Assembly: GCA_043783625.1 (NCBI GenBank)
Contig: JAYVZE010000190.1
Coordinates: forward strand, 31,551 to 95,550
Direction of reading: 5' to 3'
Source of the DNA: Blastocatellia bacterium
GTDB taxonomy: Bacteria; Acidobacteriota; Blastocatellia; RBC074
Length of the DNA stretch: 64,000 nucleotides
Shown here: positions 47,203 through 57,013 of the stretch, one piece after another
Numbering within the stretch: the first letter of the stretch is position 1
Layout: each line of letters opens with the position of its first letter
The notes under the pieces: generated by a model
Databases searched by the model: none
Seen by the model: the letters and a program-made list of their open reading frames with translations, nothing else
Told to the model about the DNA's origin: nothing
Position numbers and translations under genes: made by a program

Positions 47203-48120
47203 CTATGCCTTCGGGTGCGCCTTATCATAAACTTCCATCAATCTATCCGTTGAAACGTGCGTATATTGCTGCGTTGTCGAAAGCCTGACGTGTCCCAGCA
47301 ATTCCTGAATCGTGCGCAGGTCAGCTCCGGCATCCAGCAGGTGTGTGGCAAATGAATGCCGCAGCGCGTGCGGACTGACGTGCGGAAGGTCGGTGCATTC
47401 CTTGCAGTATTTATCAAGCATTCGCCCGACGGAGCGCGTCGTAATGCGCGTGCCTTGATAATTCATGAAGACTGCCAGCGGATCGCGGTCATCAGGATCA
47501 GCTTCAATCAACAATTCGCCGCGCACTCCGAGATAAATTTCCAGAGCGGCTTTCGCGTGATTCCCGAACGGAACCATCCGCTCTTTTCGACCTTTGCCTT
47601 TCACGCGCAATGTCTGATGAGTGAAATCAATATCCAGCAGATTTAAGCCGACTAATTCTGAGACGCGCAAGCCGCTGGCGTAGAGCAATTCGAGGATGGC
47701 GCGGTCACGCTTGCCGAGTACCGTTTCGGTTTCAGGCGTTTCAATAAAGCGCACCATTTGTTCGATGGAAAGATGATTCGGGAGCTTGCGGTCTACGCGA
47801 GGGCTGGAAACCAGCATCGCCGGATTATTTTCAAGAATTTCTTCACGGCAAAGAAAACGAAAGAACGTGCGCAGCGTAGCGACTTTGCGATGGATGGAAC
47901 TTTTCTTTTTTTTCTTTTCGTAGAGCGTCGCCATGTATTCGCGGATCGTCAAATTATCAATGCTGCGAATGGGTACGTCACGGCGTTCGTCATTCTTATC
48001 CAGCGGTGCGATGTAATCATAAAATTGCACCATATCGCTCTCGTAATTGCGCAGCGTATGCTCGGATAAATTGCGCTCGTACTTGAGATGCTTCAGAAAA
48101 TCATCAAGATAATTTTGCAT
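47203..48120 (-). CDS. tyrosine site-specific recombinase, XerC/XerD family
   Basis: An N-terminal core-binding domain ([16 protein letters not shown]). Catalytic residues appear in context: [30 protein letters not shown] and [13 protein letters not shown]. Confidence 0.9.
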   Translation of the reverse strand: MQNYLDDFLKHLKYERNLSEHTLRNYESDMVQFYDYIAPLDKNDERRDVPIRSIDNLTIREYMATLYEKKKKKSSIHRKVATLRTFFRFLCREEILENNPAMLVSSPRVDRKLPNHLSIEQMVRFIETPETETVLGKRDRAILELLYASGLRVSELVGLNLLDIDFTHQTLRVKGKGRKERMVPFGNHAKAALEIYLGVRGELLIEADPDDRDPLAVFMNYQGTRITTRSVGRMLDKYCKECTDLPHVSPHALRHSFATHLLDAGADLRTIQELLGHVRLSTTQQYTHVSTDRLMEVYDKAHPKA

Positions 48121-48136
48121 AGACTCACAATAAGGT

Positions 48137-48195
48137 TAGCCGTACAACGGGCGGCTCGCCCGTTAATTGCAGGCGAGCCGCCCGCAATACGGCTA
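48137..48195. repeat. GC-rich palindrome family 2, copy 2
   Basis: TAGCCGTAcaaCGGGCGGCTCGCC pairs with GGCGAGCCGCCCGcaaTACGGCTA. Confidence 0.7.
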
Positions 48196-48200
48196 CGACA

Positions 48201-48794
48201 TTAGCCCAACACTTCATCCGCTTCCAAAATAACTGAAGAGAGTAAAACAGGGGAAAGATTTTCATGACGATGAACAATTCGCGCAGTATGATATGAGTTG
48301 CCTGACGGATTCGTATAAACTTCGATGACGTCGTCTTGTAAATTCACGATCCAATATTCGACAATCCCGGCTTTCGCGTAGGAAGATAATTTGATGCCCC
48401 GATCCTTTTTCAAAGTGGATTCTGAAATTTCAATTAATAACAAAACATCGTCAGGAGCAGGGTGCGCGTGCGCGTAAAAATCTTCCCGTCGTCTGAGAAT
48501 GGCAATGTCAGGCTCGGGTTCTGAAAAATTGCTCAGCTCAACAGGATTTTGATGTCTGAGGGTGATTGATTTACCGAATTCTGTTCTTAAAATTTCGCTC
48601 AAACGATCAACACAAGCTGCGTGTCGGGGGCCAACTGCGCTCATCTTTATCAAGTCTCCTTCGAGTAATTCAATTTTATCATTGCTGGTTAAAATGCCCT
48701 GCTTAATCATCTGATGATAAACATCGGTCGTAATCGGGTATCTTTCTAATTGGGCTTCGCCGGTTAATTGCGCTTCACGTAACGGCATATTCAT
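48201..48794 (-). CDS. Uma2-family (DUF820) nuclease
   Basis: The core PDIAIL..DVLLLIEISESTLKKDR..YAKAGIVEYWIVN is typical of Uma2. Confidence 0.8.
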   Translation of the reverse strand: MNMPLREAQLTGEAQLERYPITTDVYHQMIKQGILTSNDKIELLEGDLIKMSAVGPRHAACVDRLSEILRTEFGKSITLRHQNPVELSNFSEPEPDIAILRRREDFYAHAHPAPDDVLLLIEISESTLKKDRGIKLSSYAKAGIVEYWIVNLQDDVIEVYTNPSGNSYHTARIVHRHENLSPVLLSSVILEADEVLG

Positions 48795-48910
48795 ACAACT
48801 CCTCTCAACTTTGAAGTTATTAAATTAATAGACTGAACGGCGATAATCAAGAACCATACCATTCTAAACCATCCGGCAAATTTAGCGCAGAGTATTCCAG
48901 ATATAAGGTA

Positions 48911-49012
48911 TGCAGAAGCCCGCACGCAGTAAGGGCGTCAGTACATTTACACTGAGCGAATAAGCAGACCCGTGTCTCGAAGCGGCACCCTTACTGCGTG
49001 CGGGCTTCTGCA
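48911..49012. repeat. palindromic repeat family 1, copy 3 (long loop)
   Basis: TGCAGAAGCCCGCACGCAGTAAGGG, then a ~52-nt loop, then CCCTTACTGCGTGCGGGCTTCTGCA. Confidence 0.8.
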
Positions 49013-49031
49013 TTTTTTTGCAAACGAAAGT

Positions 49032-50084
49032 TTAGCTTGCGGGCTGCCAGCCCGCACTACGAATAGTTTGCAGCAGCAGCCGCTTCAGCTCCTGATCTTC
49101 AGTACAATCAAACGCGAGTTGAGCGGTATAAACCGGGAGCTTACATTCCTGAATAAAATTTAGATCAATATTCGCGGCATCTTTTTCGGTCGTGATAATG
49201 GCTTCGGCTCCGACCGCTTTTGCTTGCCGAAAAATATTCTCCAAATCGTTTTGCGTGTAGCGGTGATGATCTCCGAAGACAAAATGCTGCACGATATTCA
49301 GTCCTAAATTTTTCAAATCAAGTGCAAAACGTTGAGGATTTCCCAGCCCGGAAAGGGCGGCGACCGGGAAAAAATTCAAACTTGAACCCGGGATATTCCT
49401 TCCTATTTCCGTGATGGAGCGAAAGCCCGTAATTCGATGGTCAGCGAAAAATATCGGGACATTCGGCTGACAATATTTTTCGATGTTGCGCCGAAAATCC
49501 TCACGAGCTGCCAACTGCGAGGCGCGAGTGATAATCACAGCATCCGCCCTGTCCATCGCCTCCAACGGTTCGCGGAAATTCAACACCAGGTCTAAATCCG
49601 TCGTCGCGTCAAGCAGCAGCAAATTCAAATCGCGCTTTAAACGAATATGCTGATAACCATCATCCAGGACAAAAACATCAATTTTTGTCTGGGATTCCAA
49701 CCACTTCCCCGCCGCGTACCGATCTGCCTGAACGACGACTCTGACACCGGGACATTGCTGCGCTAACAGGTACGGCTCATCGCCGGAAATATTTGGATGA
49801 CATAAAATTTCGTTGCCATTTGAAACCTCAACGCGACCTTTGCTTTCACGTTTGTAGCCTCGGCTCAAAATCGCAACCTTTAATCCTTCGCTGCATAAAT
49901 AATTCGCAATGTACGCGGCACAAGGCGTCTTCCCCGTTCCGCCGAAAGTAATATTTCCGACGCTGATAACGGGCGCGTTGAGCTGATATGTTTTGAAGAG
50001 GTTGGCGCGATAAAGGACAAGACGGAGAGAGACACCGAGCGCGTAAAAAAAATGGGCAAGTTGGGTCAGGAAATTTTGTTGCAC
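49032..50084 (-). CDS. lpxK: tetraacyldisaccharide 4'-kinase
   Basis: The P-loop VGNITFGGTGKTP and DDGYQH are LpxK hallmarks. GTG start. The gene abuts waaA. Confidence 0.9.
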   Translation of the reverse strand: MQQNFLTQLAHFFYALGVSLRLVLYRANLFKTYQLNAPVISVGNITFGGTGKTPCAAYIANYLCSEGLKVAILSRGYKRESKGRVEVSNGNEILCHPNISGDEPYLLAQQCPGVRVVVQADRYAAGKWLESQTKIDVFVLDDGYQHIRLKRDLNLLLLDATTDLDLVLNFREPLEAMDRADAVIITRASQLAAREDFRRNIEKYCQPNVPIFFADHRITGFRSITEIGRNIPGSSLNFFPVAALSGLGNPQRFALDLKNLGLNIVQHFVFGDHHRYTQNDLENIFRQAKAVGAEAIITTEKDAANIDLNFIQECKLPVYTAQLAFDCTEDQELKRLLLQTIRSAGWQPAS

Positions 50085-50085
50085 A

Positions 50086-51429
50086 TCAAATCAAACTGGC
50101 AATTATATCTACAGTTTTTGTAGTAGCTCCGCGATTGGCGTTAACGGCTTCGCGGGCTTTTTCACCTAACATCTCGGACTGCGTTGGATTGATTAATAAT
50201 TCAATCATCGCTTCGCGTAAAGCAATTGTTAATTCGCTGTCGGTTGTGCCTTGCAATTGCAGCACGGCTTCACGGCGTTTGAATTCTTCGGTAATCTCGC
50301 AGAAATTTTCCATGTATGGCCCGACAATCACAGGACGCCCGTCAAAGGCGGGTTCGAGGATGTTGTGTCCGCCTTTGGGGACTAAGCTTCCACCGATAAA
50401 AACTACGGCAGCGAAGCGATAGAGTGAAGCTAATTCGCCGATTGAATCCAGCAAAATCACGTCAGAATTTTGGATTGAATCATTGATGAGTTGCGTGAAA
50501 TTCTGGTTCCCGACGGTCTCAACCTGATGAGCCAAAACTGAACGGCGAACGAATTTCAAATGCGCCGAATCAAGCAATTTTGCGACAGCTTCAAATCGTT
50601 CGGGATGACGCGGCGCAATCATTAACCGGGTGTTTTCGAGTCCAGTTTTTTTCTTTAATTCTAAATATGCGGCGAGAATGATCTCTTCTTCGCCGTCCAT
50701 CGTACTTCCGGCGATAATTAACGGGTTTGCTTGCAAAGCTAATTCTGCGGCAAGCGAAGAGAGGACAGGCGGGACGCCTATCCTACCTCCGATGTCGTAC
50801 TTGATATTTCCGGTCACGATAACAGTTTCAGGCTTCGCGCCAAGTGCCAAAATTCGCGCGGCATCAGCTTCGCTCTGCATCAAAAAATACGTCACATTCG
50901 CGGTCATGCGCCGGAACCAGAAAGCGAATTTCATTGAACGTCTAAACGAACGATCAGAGACTCTGCCATTGGCCACGATGACCGGAATTTTTTGCTTTTT
51001 GCATTCGTGCAGAAAATTCGGCCACAGCTCGGATTCCATTAAAATCACGACAGACGGGTGAATGCTTCGCAGAGATTTTCTAATCGAAAACTTCCAATCA
51101 AACGGGAAATAACAAAACGCATCCGCTTCACTGATGCGTGACCGCGCCACCGCTTGTCCGGTTGCCGTCGTAGTCGAAAAGACGAAACGATGCGCCGGAA
51201 ATTTTTCCTGCAACGATTTGACTAAAGTTTGTGCCGCAATTGTTTCTCCAACTGAAACCGCGTGGATCCAAATCGTCGGGCGCGAAGCATCCCAAAAACT
51301 TTCCGGCAACTTGCCAAGTCGTTCTGAAAAATTACTAAAATATTTTTGATTGGAAAATACCTGATAAAGAAAATAAGGCATTAAAGCGAGGAAGGCGAAA
51401 CTGAGAAAGATGCTGTAAATAAAATACAT
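50086..51429 (-). CDS. waaA: 3-deoxy-D-manno-octulosonic acid (Kdo) transferase
   Basis: WIHAVSVGE, the C-terminal FIGGSL.P.GGHN.LEPA motif and an N-terminal membrane anchor. Confidence 0.9.
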   Translation of the reverse strand: MYFIYSIFLSFAFLALMPYFLYQVFSNQKYFSNFSERLGKLPESFWDASRPTIWIHAVSVGETIAAQTLVKSLQEKFPAHRFVFSTTTATGQAVARSRISEADAFCYFPFDWKFSIRKSLRSIHPSVVILMESELWPNFLHECKKQKIPVIVANGRVSDRSFRRSMKFAFWFRRMTANVTYFLMQSEADAARILALGAKPETVIVTGNIKYDIGGRIGVPPVLSSLAAELALQANPLIIAGSTMDGEEEIILAAYLELKKKTGLENTRLMIAPRHPERFEAVAKLLDSAHLKFVRRSVLAHQVETVGNQNFTQLINDSIQNSDVILLDSIGELASLYRFAAVVFIGGSLVPKGGHNILEPAFDGRPVIVGPYMENFCEITEEFKRREAVLQLQGTTDSELTIALREAMIELLINPTQSEMLGEKAREAVNANRGATTKTVDIIASLI

Positions 51430-51430
51430 A

Positions 51431-51503
51431 GTTAGCGATTAGCAGTTAGCTGTTAGCTGTTAGCCAGAAATGATTGGCTAAAGGCTAACAGCTAACCGCT
51501 AAT
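51431..51503. repeat. inverted repeat built from TTAGC-containing heptamers
   Basis: GTTAGCG ATTAGCA GTTAGCT GTTAGCT GTTAGCC (51431-51465) pairs with GGCTAACAGCTAACCGCTAAT (51483-51503). Confidence 0.7.
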
Positions 51504-51506
51504 ACC

Positions 51507-52073
51507 TCATTTCGCTCGTTCCATGTATTTGCCTTCCGTGGTATCAACGCGAACTTTTTCGCCTTCTTTGATAAAGCCCGGAACTTGCACCATGATCCCG
51601 GTTTCAAGTTTCGCCTGTTTACCAACGTTGCTGACGGTCGCACTTTTGATTTCCGGTTCAGTCTCAATCACTTTTAAATCCACGGTAGTCGGCAAGGTAA
51701 TGCCAATCGGATTGCCTTCAAAAAACTCAACTTTAATGACGGTTTCGGGCAAAATATATCCCATCTTATCGCCCAGCGTTTCCTCGCTGAGAGCAACTTG
51801 CTCATAAGATTCCATGTTCATGAAATGAAATCCGTCGGCATCACCGTACAGGTACGTCATTTCCAGCTCTTCAAAGATGGCGCGTTCGACCGATTCAGTC
51901 GAGCGAAAACGATGTTCGGTAGTTGATCCGGTTTTCAAGTTGCGCATTCTGGTTTGCACCATCGCACGAAGGTTGCCCGGGGTATGATGATGGAATTCTA
52001 AAATCCGATGTGGTGTTCCGTTATATAAAATCACGATACCTTTACGGATTTGAGTTGCTTGTATACTTGCCAT
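51507..52073 (-). CDS. efp: elongation factor P (188 aa; the tracked 293-aa ORF is an unsupported 5' extension)
   Basis: From ATG 52073, [44 protein letters not shown] aligns without gaps to my recollection of E. coli EF-P. The C-terminus ..[18 protein letters not shown] also fits. Confidence 0.9.
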   Translation of the reverse strand: MASIQATQIRKGIVILYNGTPHRILEFHHHTPGNLRAMVQTRMRNLKTGSTTEHRFRSTESVERAIFEELEMTYLYGDADGFHFMNMESYEQVALSEETLGDKMGYILPETVIKVEFFEGNPIGITLPTTVDLKVIETEPEIKSATVSNVGKQAKLETGIMVQVPGFIKEGEKVRVDTTEGKYMERAK

Positions 52074-52158
52074 TAGAAAAGTTCTCTCCTCGAACCAGGA
52101 GCTTTGCAAAAAATTACGAAGCTCAAAATAAGTTAAATGATTGTAGCAAAAGTGGGAT

Positions 52159-52187
52159 AGCATATCGGATGGTCTGAGAGTGGTCAA
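52159..52187 (-). promoter_or_regulatory. sigma70-like promoter candidate for efp
   Basis: Minus strand: TTGACC (52187-52182), a 17-nt spacer, then TATGCT (52164-52159), about 85 nt upstream of the efp ATG. Confidence 0.3.
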
Positions 52188-52224
52188 GTGAATAAATTGC
52201 AAGAAAAAAGCCACATTTGCAGGC

Positions 52225-52253
52225 TTGACCACAAACCCGTCGTGGTCTAAGAT
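52225..52253 (+). promoter_or_regulatory. sigma70-like promoter candidate pointing toward the VOC gene
   Basis: TTGACC (52225-52230), a 17-nt spacer, then TAAGAT (52248-52253). This would give a ~315-nt leader. Confidence 0.3.
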
Positions 52254-52574
52254 GCACGACGTTGCGGGGCTTCTGCTGCGTACGAGATCTTCGACATTAA
52301 TTTTTGAACCTAATTCATTTGTCGGGGGCCAACTGTATCTAATTTGTCGGCAATCCTGCTCGTCAAAGACGAGACTATAAAGCCACAAAACATAGGCTAC
52401 CCACCTGTTACGACAGGTTCAAATGAAGTCGTAGAAACGGCGATGGCGGTTGCCCTGTCAACATCCTTCCTGCTCCCAACATTCCCTGAATATTCTGTGC
52501 TGCCCATTGAGAAATTTGCGCGAAGCCATTAAATTGCTCTTTTGCATTTTTACTTTTCGCGTAAGGATTTCACC

Positions 52575-52943
52575 ATGCCTATTACATTCACCGCCTTTCA
52601 CCATGCCGGATTTTTGGTCACTGACGTTGACCGTGCTGCCGACTTTTACGAAAACATTCTTGGACTACAAAACCTGGAGCGTCCCGATTTTGGATTTCCA
52701 GGTCGCTGGTACGATTTACGCAACGGACATCAGCTTCACCTGTTAGGAACTGAAACTCTTCCCAACAATCAATCCGGCGATCCGAAATTTGATCGTCACA
52801 TTGCGATTCAGGTTCCTGACGTAGAAGTCGCGGCACAAGAACTGACCGCGATGAATTTTGTTTTTGAACGCGGCTCAGGACGCGGCGGAGCGACTCAATT
52901 ATTCCTGCGCGATCCCGACGGAAACATGATCGAACTCCGGTAA
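52575..52943 (+). CDS. VOC/glyoxalase-family protein
   Basis: FHHAGFLVTDVDRAADFYENILGL and HIAIQV are typical of the glyoxalase/bleomycin-resistance fold. ATG 52575 is preferred. Confidence 0.8.
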   Translation: MPITFTAFHHAGFLVTDVDRAADFYENILGLQNLERPDFGFPGRWYDLRNGHQLHLLGTETLPNNQSGDPKFDRHIAIQVPDVEVAAQELTAMNFVFERGSGRGGATQLFLRDPDGNMIELR

Positions 52944-52948
52944 TGCAA

Positions 52949-53050
52949 AAGCTCCCCTCCTGTCTTAGGAGGGGTTGGGGGGGGGGCAGGATTTGCAGAT
53001 TTTTACCACCCCGTCCTTCGGACACCCCTCCTAAAACAGGAGGGGAGCTT
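52949..53050. repeat. 27-nt inverted repeat whose arms are themselves hairpins; the spacer contains G10
   Basis: AAGCTCCCCTCCTGTCTTAGGAGGGGT (52949-52975) versus ACCCCTCCTAAAACAGGAGGGGAGCTT (53024-53050). A G10 run lies at 52977-52986. Confidence 0.75.
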
Positions 53051-53074
53051 GGACATCCCGCCACCCGCTGACTT

Positions 53075-54523
53075 ATGACTAAAGATTATAATTTCAAACG
53101 AATCGCCTCATTAAAAACTGCTGACAATTTTCAGGCTTACCTGGACTCACTCGGAATCGAATTGCCATTTGATCGTGAATTGCAATCCGGTTCCGGTTCT
53201 CCGCTCGGACAAAGCTACACCGTACACGGCAAAACCATCGGAAATCGTTTCAGTATTTTGCCGATGGAAGGCTGGGACGGAACGCCTGACGGCTTCCCTT
53301 CTGATCTGACGATTCGTCGCTGGCACAACTTTGGCGACAGTGGAGCCAAGTTGATCTGGGGCGGCGAAGCGGTTGCCGTACGACACGATGGACGTGCCAA
53401 TCCAAACCAATTAATTTCCAGTGACACGACCGCTTCGGCGCTTGAATCCTTACGAACTACGCTGCTTGATGCCCATCAAAATCGCTGCGGAAAAACCGAT
53501 GATCTTTTGCTTGGATTGCAATTAACGCACAGCGGAAGATTCTCGCGTCCGAACGGAAAAACGCTTGAATCACGTACGCTGTATCGTCATCCAATCCTTG
53601 ATAAAAAATTTCATGTCGAGCCGGAAAAAGCTTTGTTAACCAACGGAGAAATTGACGATTTAATTGGGGATTTTGTGAAAGCCGCCGTTCGTGCGCAGCA
53701 GGCGGGTTACGAATTCGTAGACCTCAAGCATTGTCACGGCTACCTCGGACATGAATTCTTGAGCTCGCATACCCGTGAAGGAAAATACGGCGGCAGCCTC
53801 GAAAATCGCACCCGATTCTTGCGCGAACTGGTGAACGGAATCCGTCGTGACGCGCCGGGGTTACACATCGGAGTTCGCCTCAGTGCGTTCGATTTAATTC
53901 CCTTCCGCAAGGATGCCGATCAACGCGGAGAACCTGAAGATTTTGATGGAATTTACAACTACGGTTTCGGCGTGAACAAAAATAATCCGCTGGAAGTTGA
54001 CCTCACCGAAACGTTTGAATTTCTACAAATTTTGCAGGATTTGGATATTCGATTAGTTTGCGTTTCGGCAGGCAGCCCCTACTACATTCCGCATATTCAA
54101 CGTCCCGCGATTTTCCCGCCGTCTGATGGCTATCTGCCGCCCGAAGACCCGCTCATTGGCGTCGCGCGTTTGCTGAACTATACAGCACAACTGAAAGCGC
54201 GTTTTCCTGAACTTCTCATCGTTGGAACCGGCTACAGTTATTTGCAGGAATGGCTGGCGAATGTCGGTCAATACTACGTGCGAACCGATAAAGTTGATTT
54301 TGTCGGAATGGGACGAATCGTGCTTTCATATCACGATATGCCAGACGATGTTTTGCATGGCAGACCATTGCAAACCAAACGGCTGTGCCGGACTTTTAGC
54401 GATTGCACGACGGCTCCGCGTAATGGATTAGTTTCGGGATGTTATCCGCTTGATCCGCTTTACAAACAGCATCCGCAGGCAGCAGAACTGAAAATCTTCA
54501 AGCAACAATTTAAGAGCGCGTAG
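53075..54523 (+). CDS. Old-Yellow-Enzyme-family NADH:flavin oxidoreductase
   Basis: TIM-barrel OYE motifs: [22 protein letters not shown] and GRIVL. Confidence 0.8.
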   Translation: MTKDYNFKRIASLKTADNFQAYLDSLGIELPFDRELQSGSGSPLGQSYTVHGKTIGNRFSILPMEGWDGTPDGFPSDLTIRRWHNFGDSGAKLIWGGEAVAVRHDGRANPNQLISSDTTASALESLRTTLLDAHQNRCGKTDDLLLGLQLTHSGRFSRPNGKTLESRTLYRHPILDKKFHVEPEKALLTNGEIDDLIGDFVKAAVRAQQAGYEFVDLKHCHGYLGHEFLSSHTREGKYGGSLENRTRFLRELVNGIRRDAPGLHIGVRLSAFDLIPFRKDADQRGEPEDFDGIYNYGFGVNKNNPLEVDLTETFEFLQILQDLDIRLVCVSAGSPYYIPHIQRPAIFPPSDGYLPPEDPLIGVARLLNYTAQLKARFPELLIVGTGYSYLQEWLANVGQYYVRTDKVDFVGMGRIVLSYHDMPDDVLHGRPLQTKRLCRTFSDCTTAPRNGLVSGCYPLDPLYKQHPQAAELKIFKQQFKSA

Positions 54524-54532
54524 GCTTTACTC

Positions 54533-55168
54533 ATGAACCCTGATCCCAATCACGCTACTCTTTATTTCCGCTGTGCGCGGCAAGGAATAATCTTCATCAG
54601 CAGCACTTATTTTCGCGTGGAGTTTTCAGGCTTTGAAAACGTGCCGAAAAAAGGGCCGTACATTGTCGCGCCGAATCACCAAAGTTTTTTTGATCCCTTC
54701 TGGGTTTCGATTCCGTTCGGCTACCCGCTGCGTTATATGACGTGGGATAAATTCGCCAATATGCCCGTACTGGGAGGCTTTATTCGCAGCCTCGGAGCCT
54801 TCCCCGTCAAACTCGAAAAAGGCGACCGTACCGCGATGAAAACTGCCGCGCAGCACCTGTCAAACGGCGGTTCCGTGATGATTTTCCCTGAAGGTGGAAG
54901 AACCAGAACGGGAGAAGTAATGACCTTCAAACCCGGTGTCATTAAATTAGCAATTGAAACGAAAGTACCAATTATTCCGGTGACAATTTCCGGTGGTTTT
55001 GAAGTCTTCAGTCCTCAGCATAACTTCCCGCGACCTGGCAAAATCTTAATCACCTATCACCACCCCTTTATCGTCGAAGATCAGGCGGAAGGCTGCGAGA
55101 GCAAAGATTTTCTACTCGCACAAGCGAAGCGATTGCAGGCTCAGGTAGATAGTGGATTAACCAGATAG
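54533..55168 (+). CDS. 1-acyl-sn-glycerol-3-phosphate acyltransferase family (PlsC-like)
   Basis: The HX4D motif NHQSFFD and FPEGGRT. Confidence 0.85.
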   Translation: MNPDPNHATLYFRCARQGIIFISSTYFRVEFSGFENVPKKGPYIVAPNHQSFFDPFWVSIPFGYPLRYMTWDKFANMPVLGGFIRSLGAFPVKLEKGDRTAMKTAAQHLSNGGSVMIFPEGGRTRTGEVMTFKPGVIKLAIETKVPIIPVTISGGFEVFSPQHNFPRPGKILITYHHPFIVEDQAEGCESKDFLLAQAKRLQAQVDSGLTR

Positions 55169-55177
55169 AATCCCTAA

Positions 55178-55963
55178 GAGCGTCTAACAAAAAGAATAAT
55201 GAAATCGTGAAAGTTTGCTGATAAAAAGGAATCCAGCCCTGCGAGAAAGGATTCCTCTGATGGCAAAACCAGTTGTAACCGATGAATTATGGGAAATTAT
55301 CCAACCGTTGCTGCCGCCTGCCAAGCCGCGCCGCAAACGGTATCCCGGGCGCAAGCCCATTGATGATCGTAAAGCCTTAACGGGCATTTTGTTCATTCTC
55401 AAAACGGGTACAGCGTGGGAAGACCTGCCGCGCGAACTGGGTTGTGGTTCGGGCATGACGTGCTGGCGACGCTTGCGCGACTGGCAGTCTGGGCACTTCT
55501 GCACCAAACCTTACTCTCGCTCTTGCACGCCGAACAGAAACTGGATTGGTCGCGCGCACTGGTGGAGATCTCGTCCGTGCGGGCTGTTTTTGGGGGGCCC
55601 AAACTGGCCCCAACCACGCACTTGCAGCCGCTGGTGAACGCCATCCCACTGGTGCTGGGACGACGCGGACGCCCGCGCTGGCGTCCCGACCGGGTGCAGA
55701 CCGGGGTTATGACGCACAAGCGCACCGCGTTTGGTTGCGCACACAAGGCATCACGCCTGTACTCGCCAAGCGCAACACGCCACATGGTAGTGGTTTGGGA
55801 CTGCATCCGTTGGGATGTCGAACGGACGATTGCCTGGTTGCATCAGTTTCGTCGCTTACGCATCAGATACGAACGCCGCGCCGATATCCACGAAGCGTTT
55901 GTCTCGCTCGCTTGTAGTCTGATCGCCTTTCGTTTCTTATAACTCTCTTTTTGTTAGACGCTC
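55178..55963 (+). mobile_element. decayed IS5-family insertion sequence (786 bp) with intact terminal inverted repeats and a TAA target-site duplication
   Basis: IRL GAGCGTCTAACAAAAAGA (55178-55195) and IRR TCTTTTTGTTAGACGCTC (55946-55963) are a perfect 18/18 match. They are flanked by TAA (55175-55177) and TAA (55964-55966). A sampled line (55601-55660) is 63% GC. Confidence 0.85.
55260..55942 (+). pseudogene. IS5-family (DDE) transposase, frameshifted and internally deleted
   Basis: The homologous sequence runs through all three frames. Frame 0 carries MAKPVVTDELWEIIQPLLP..ILFILKTGTAWEDLPRELGCGSGMTCWRRLRDWQ. Frame 2 carries LDWSRALVEISSVRAVFGGPK..AIPLVLGRRGRPRWRPDRV. Frame 1 carries ADRGYDAQAHRVWLRTQGITPVLAKRNTPHGSGLG. 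Frame 2 resumes with ERTIAWLHQFRRLRIRYERRADIHEAF. The segment after GGPK that should carry the first catalytic Asp is missing. Confidence 0.8.
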
Positions 55964-56997
55964 TAAACAGTTTTCGTCACCTTCGACAACGACCGCGACA
56001 CATCAGGATTCAATCCCTTCGCTTCAGAAAGCATCGCCGCAAAAAGTTGTGCGGGAATAATGTACGGAATCGGAGAAAGCATTTCGCCCATTTTTTGGGG
56101 GATTTTTAGCGATCTTGTACCCAGCTTCAACGCTGATGCTTCGCTGGAAATAATTAACGTCTCGGCGTTCAATCCTTGCAGCCTTCCCATTAATTCTACT
56201 GTGCCTGCAAACGTAGCTCCCGGCGGGGCAAAGACCATTACGGGGAATCCGCGTTCGATCATCGCTATCGGGCCGTGCAGAAAATCCGCGCCGGAAAAAC
56301 GCTCCGCAATCACGTAACAGGTTTCCATTAATTTAATCGCAAATTCGTACGCGTTGCCGTAATTCAAGCCGCGCCCGATGACTACGCAGTGATCCATAAA
56401 CACGTAGCGTTCGACCATCGCTTGGATTTCAGATTTCAACGTCAACGAAGCGGCGGCGAGTTCCGGCAGGCGTTCGATTTCGTGACCTTTTCTTTTTCCG
56501 GCTAAGGCTTCCGCAAGCAAATGAAACATCAATTGTTGTCCGGTGTAGGTCTTCGTCGCCGCGAGGCTTTTTTCTTTTCCCGCGTGAATCAAAAATGTTT
56601 CGTCGGCGATTTTCGTCAGCGAAGAATTCGCTTCGTTCGTGATTCCCAACGTCATCGCGCCGCAACGTTTGGCATTTTCGAGCGTGAGGTTAATGTCTAC
56701 GCCTTCGCCGGATTGCGAGACGCCGATATACAGCGTATCGCGCAGATCAAGCTTCGCGTTATAAAGTGTATGCACCGCAGGCGCAGCCAATGAAACCGGG
56801 ATTCCCGTCGTGATTTCGAGTAAATATCGTCCGAACGAACTGGCGTTATCGGAGCTGCCACGTGCCGCAATAGCGATGAAGCGAATACCCCGTTTTTTGA
56901 TTGCTGCGGCGAAGCGTTTGACCTTCGCAGCTTCGCGTTTGATGGTGCGTTCGAGGGCGACGGGCTGCTCGGCAATTTCTTTTAGCATTAAGGACAT
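55963..56997 (-). CDS. double-SIS-domain protein (GlmS isomerase-domain-like; amino-sugar-phosphate deaminase/isomerase)
   Basis: MLKEIAEQP, ARGSSDNA and GVSQSGEG, plus a second SIS domain GRGLNYGNAYEFAIKL. The stop codon TAG (55965-55963) spans the IS end and its target duplication. Confidence 0.85.
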   Translation of the reverse strand: MSLMLKEIAEQPVALERTIKREAAKVKRFAAAIKKRGIRFIAIAARGSSDNASSFGRYLLEITTGIPVSLAAPAVHTLYNAKLDLRDTLYIGVSQSGEGVDINLTLENAKRCGAMTLGITNEANSSLTKIADETFLIHAGKEKSLAATKTYTGQQLMFHLLAEALAGKRKGHEIERLPELAAASLTLKSEIQAMVERYVFMDHCVVIGRGLNYGNAYEFAIKLMETCYVIAERFSGADFLHGPIAMIERGFPVMVFAPPGATFAGTVELMGRLQGLNAETLIISSEASALKLGTRSLKIPQKMGEMLSPIPYIIPAQLFAAMLSEAKGLNPDVSRSLSKVTKTV

Positions 56998-57013
56998 GAA
57001 TTATTTTTCTCCC

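Noticed and set aside
52074-52388. A 105-codon in-frame N-terminal extension of efp (tracked ORF 51507-52388, 293 aa).
   Set aside because: The extension starts at a TTG with no RBS and has no EF-P-like or other recognisable sequence. The ATG at 52073 gives a full-length 188-aa EF-P, and a promoter-like motif lies inside the extension. It is most likely a chance open frame.
52405-52440. A tRNA-like T-arm (GGTTCAAATGAAG) in the efp-VOC gap.
   Set aside because: No acceptor stem, D-arm or anticodon arm can be drawn around it, and the T-loop does not continue with the expected TCC closing pairing.
55415-55942. The 175-aa ORF as an intact transposase gene.
   Set aside because: Transposase-like sequence is split over all three frames, and the region carrying the first catalytic Asp is missing. 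It is called a pseudogene inside a decayed IS.
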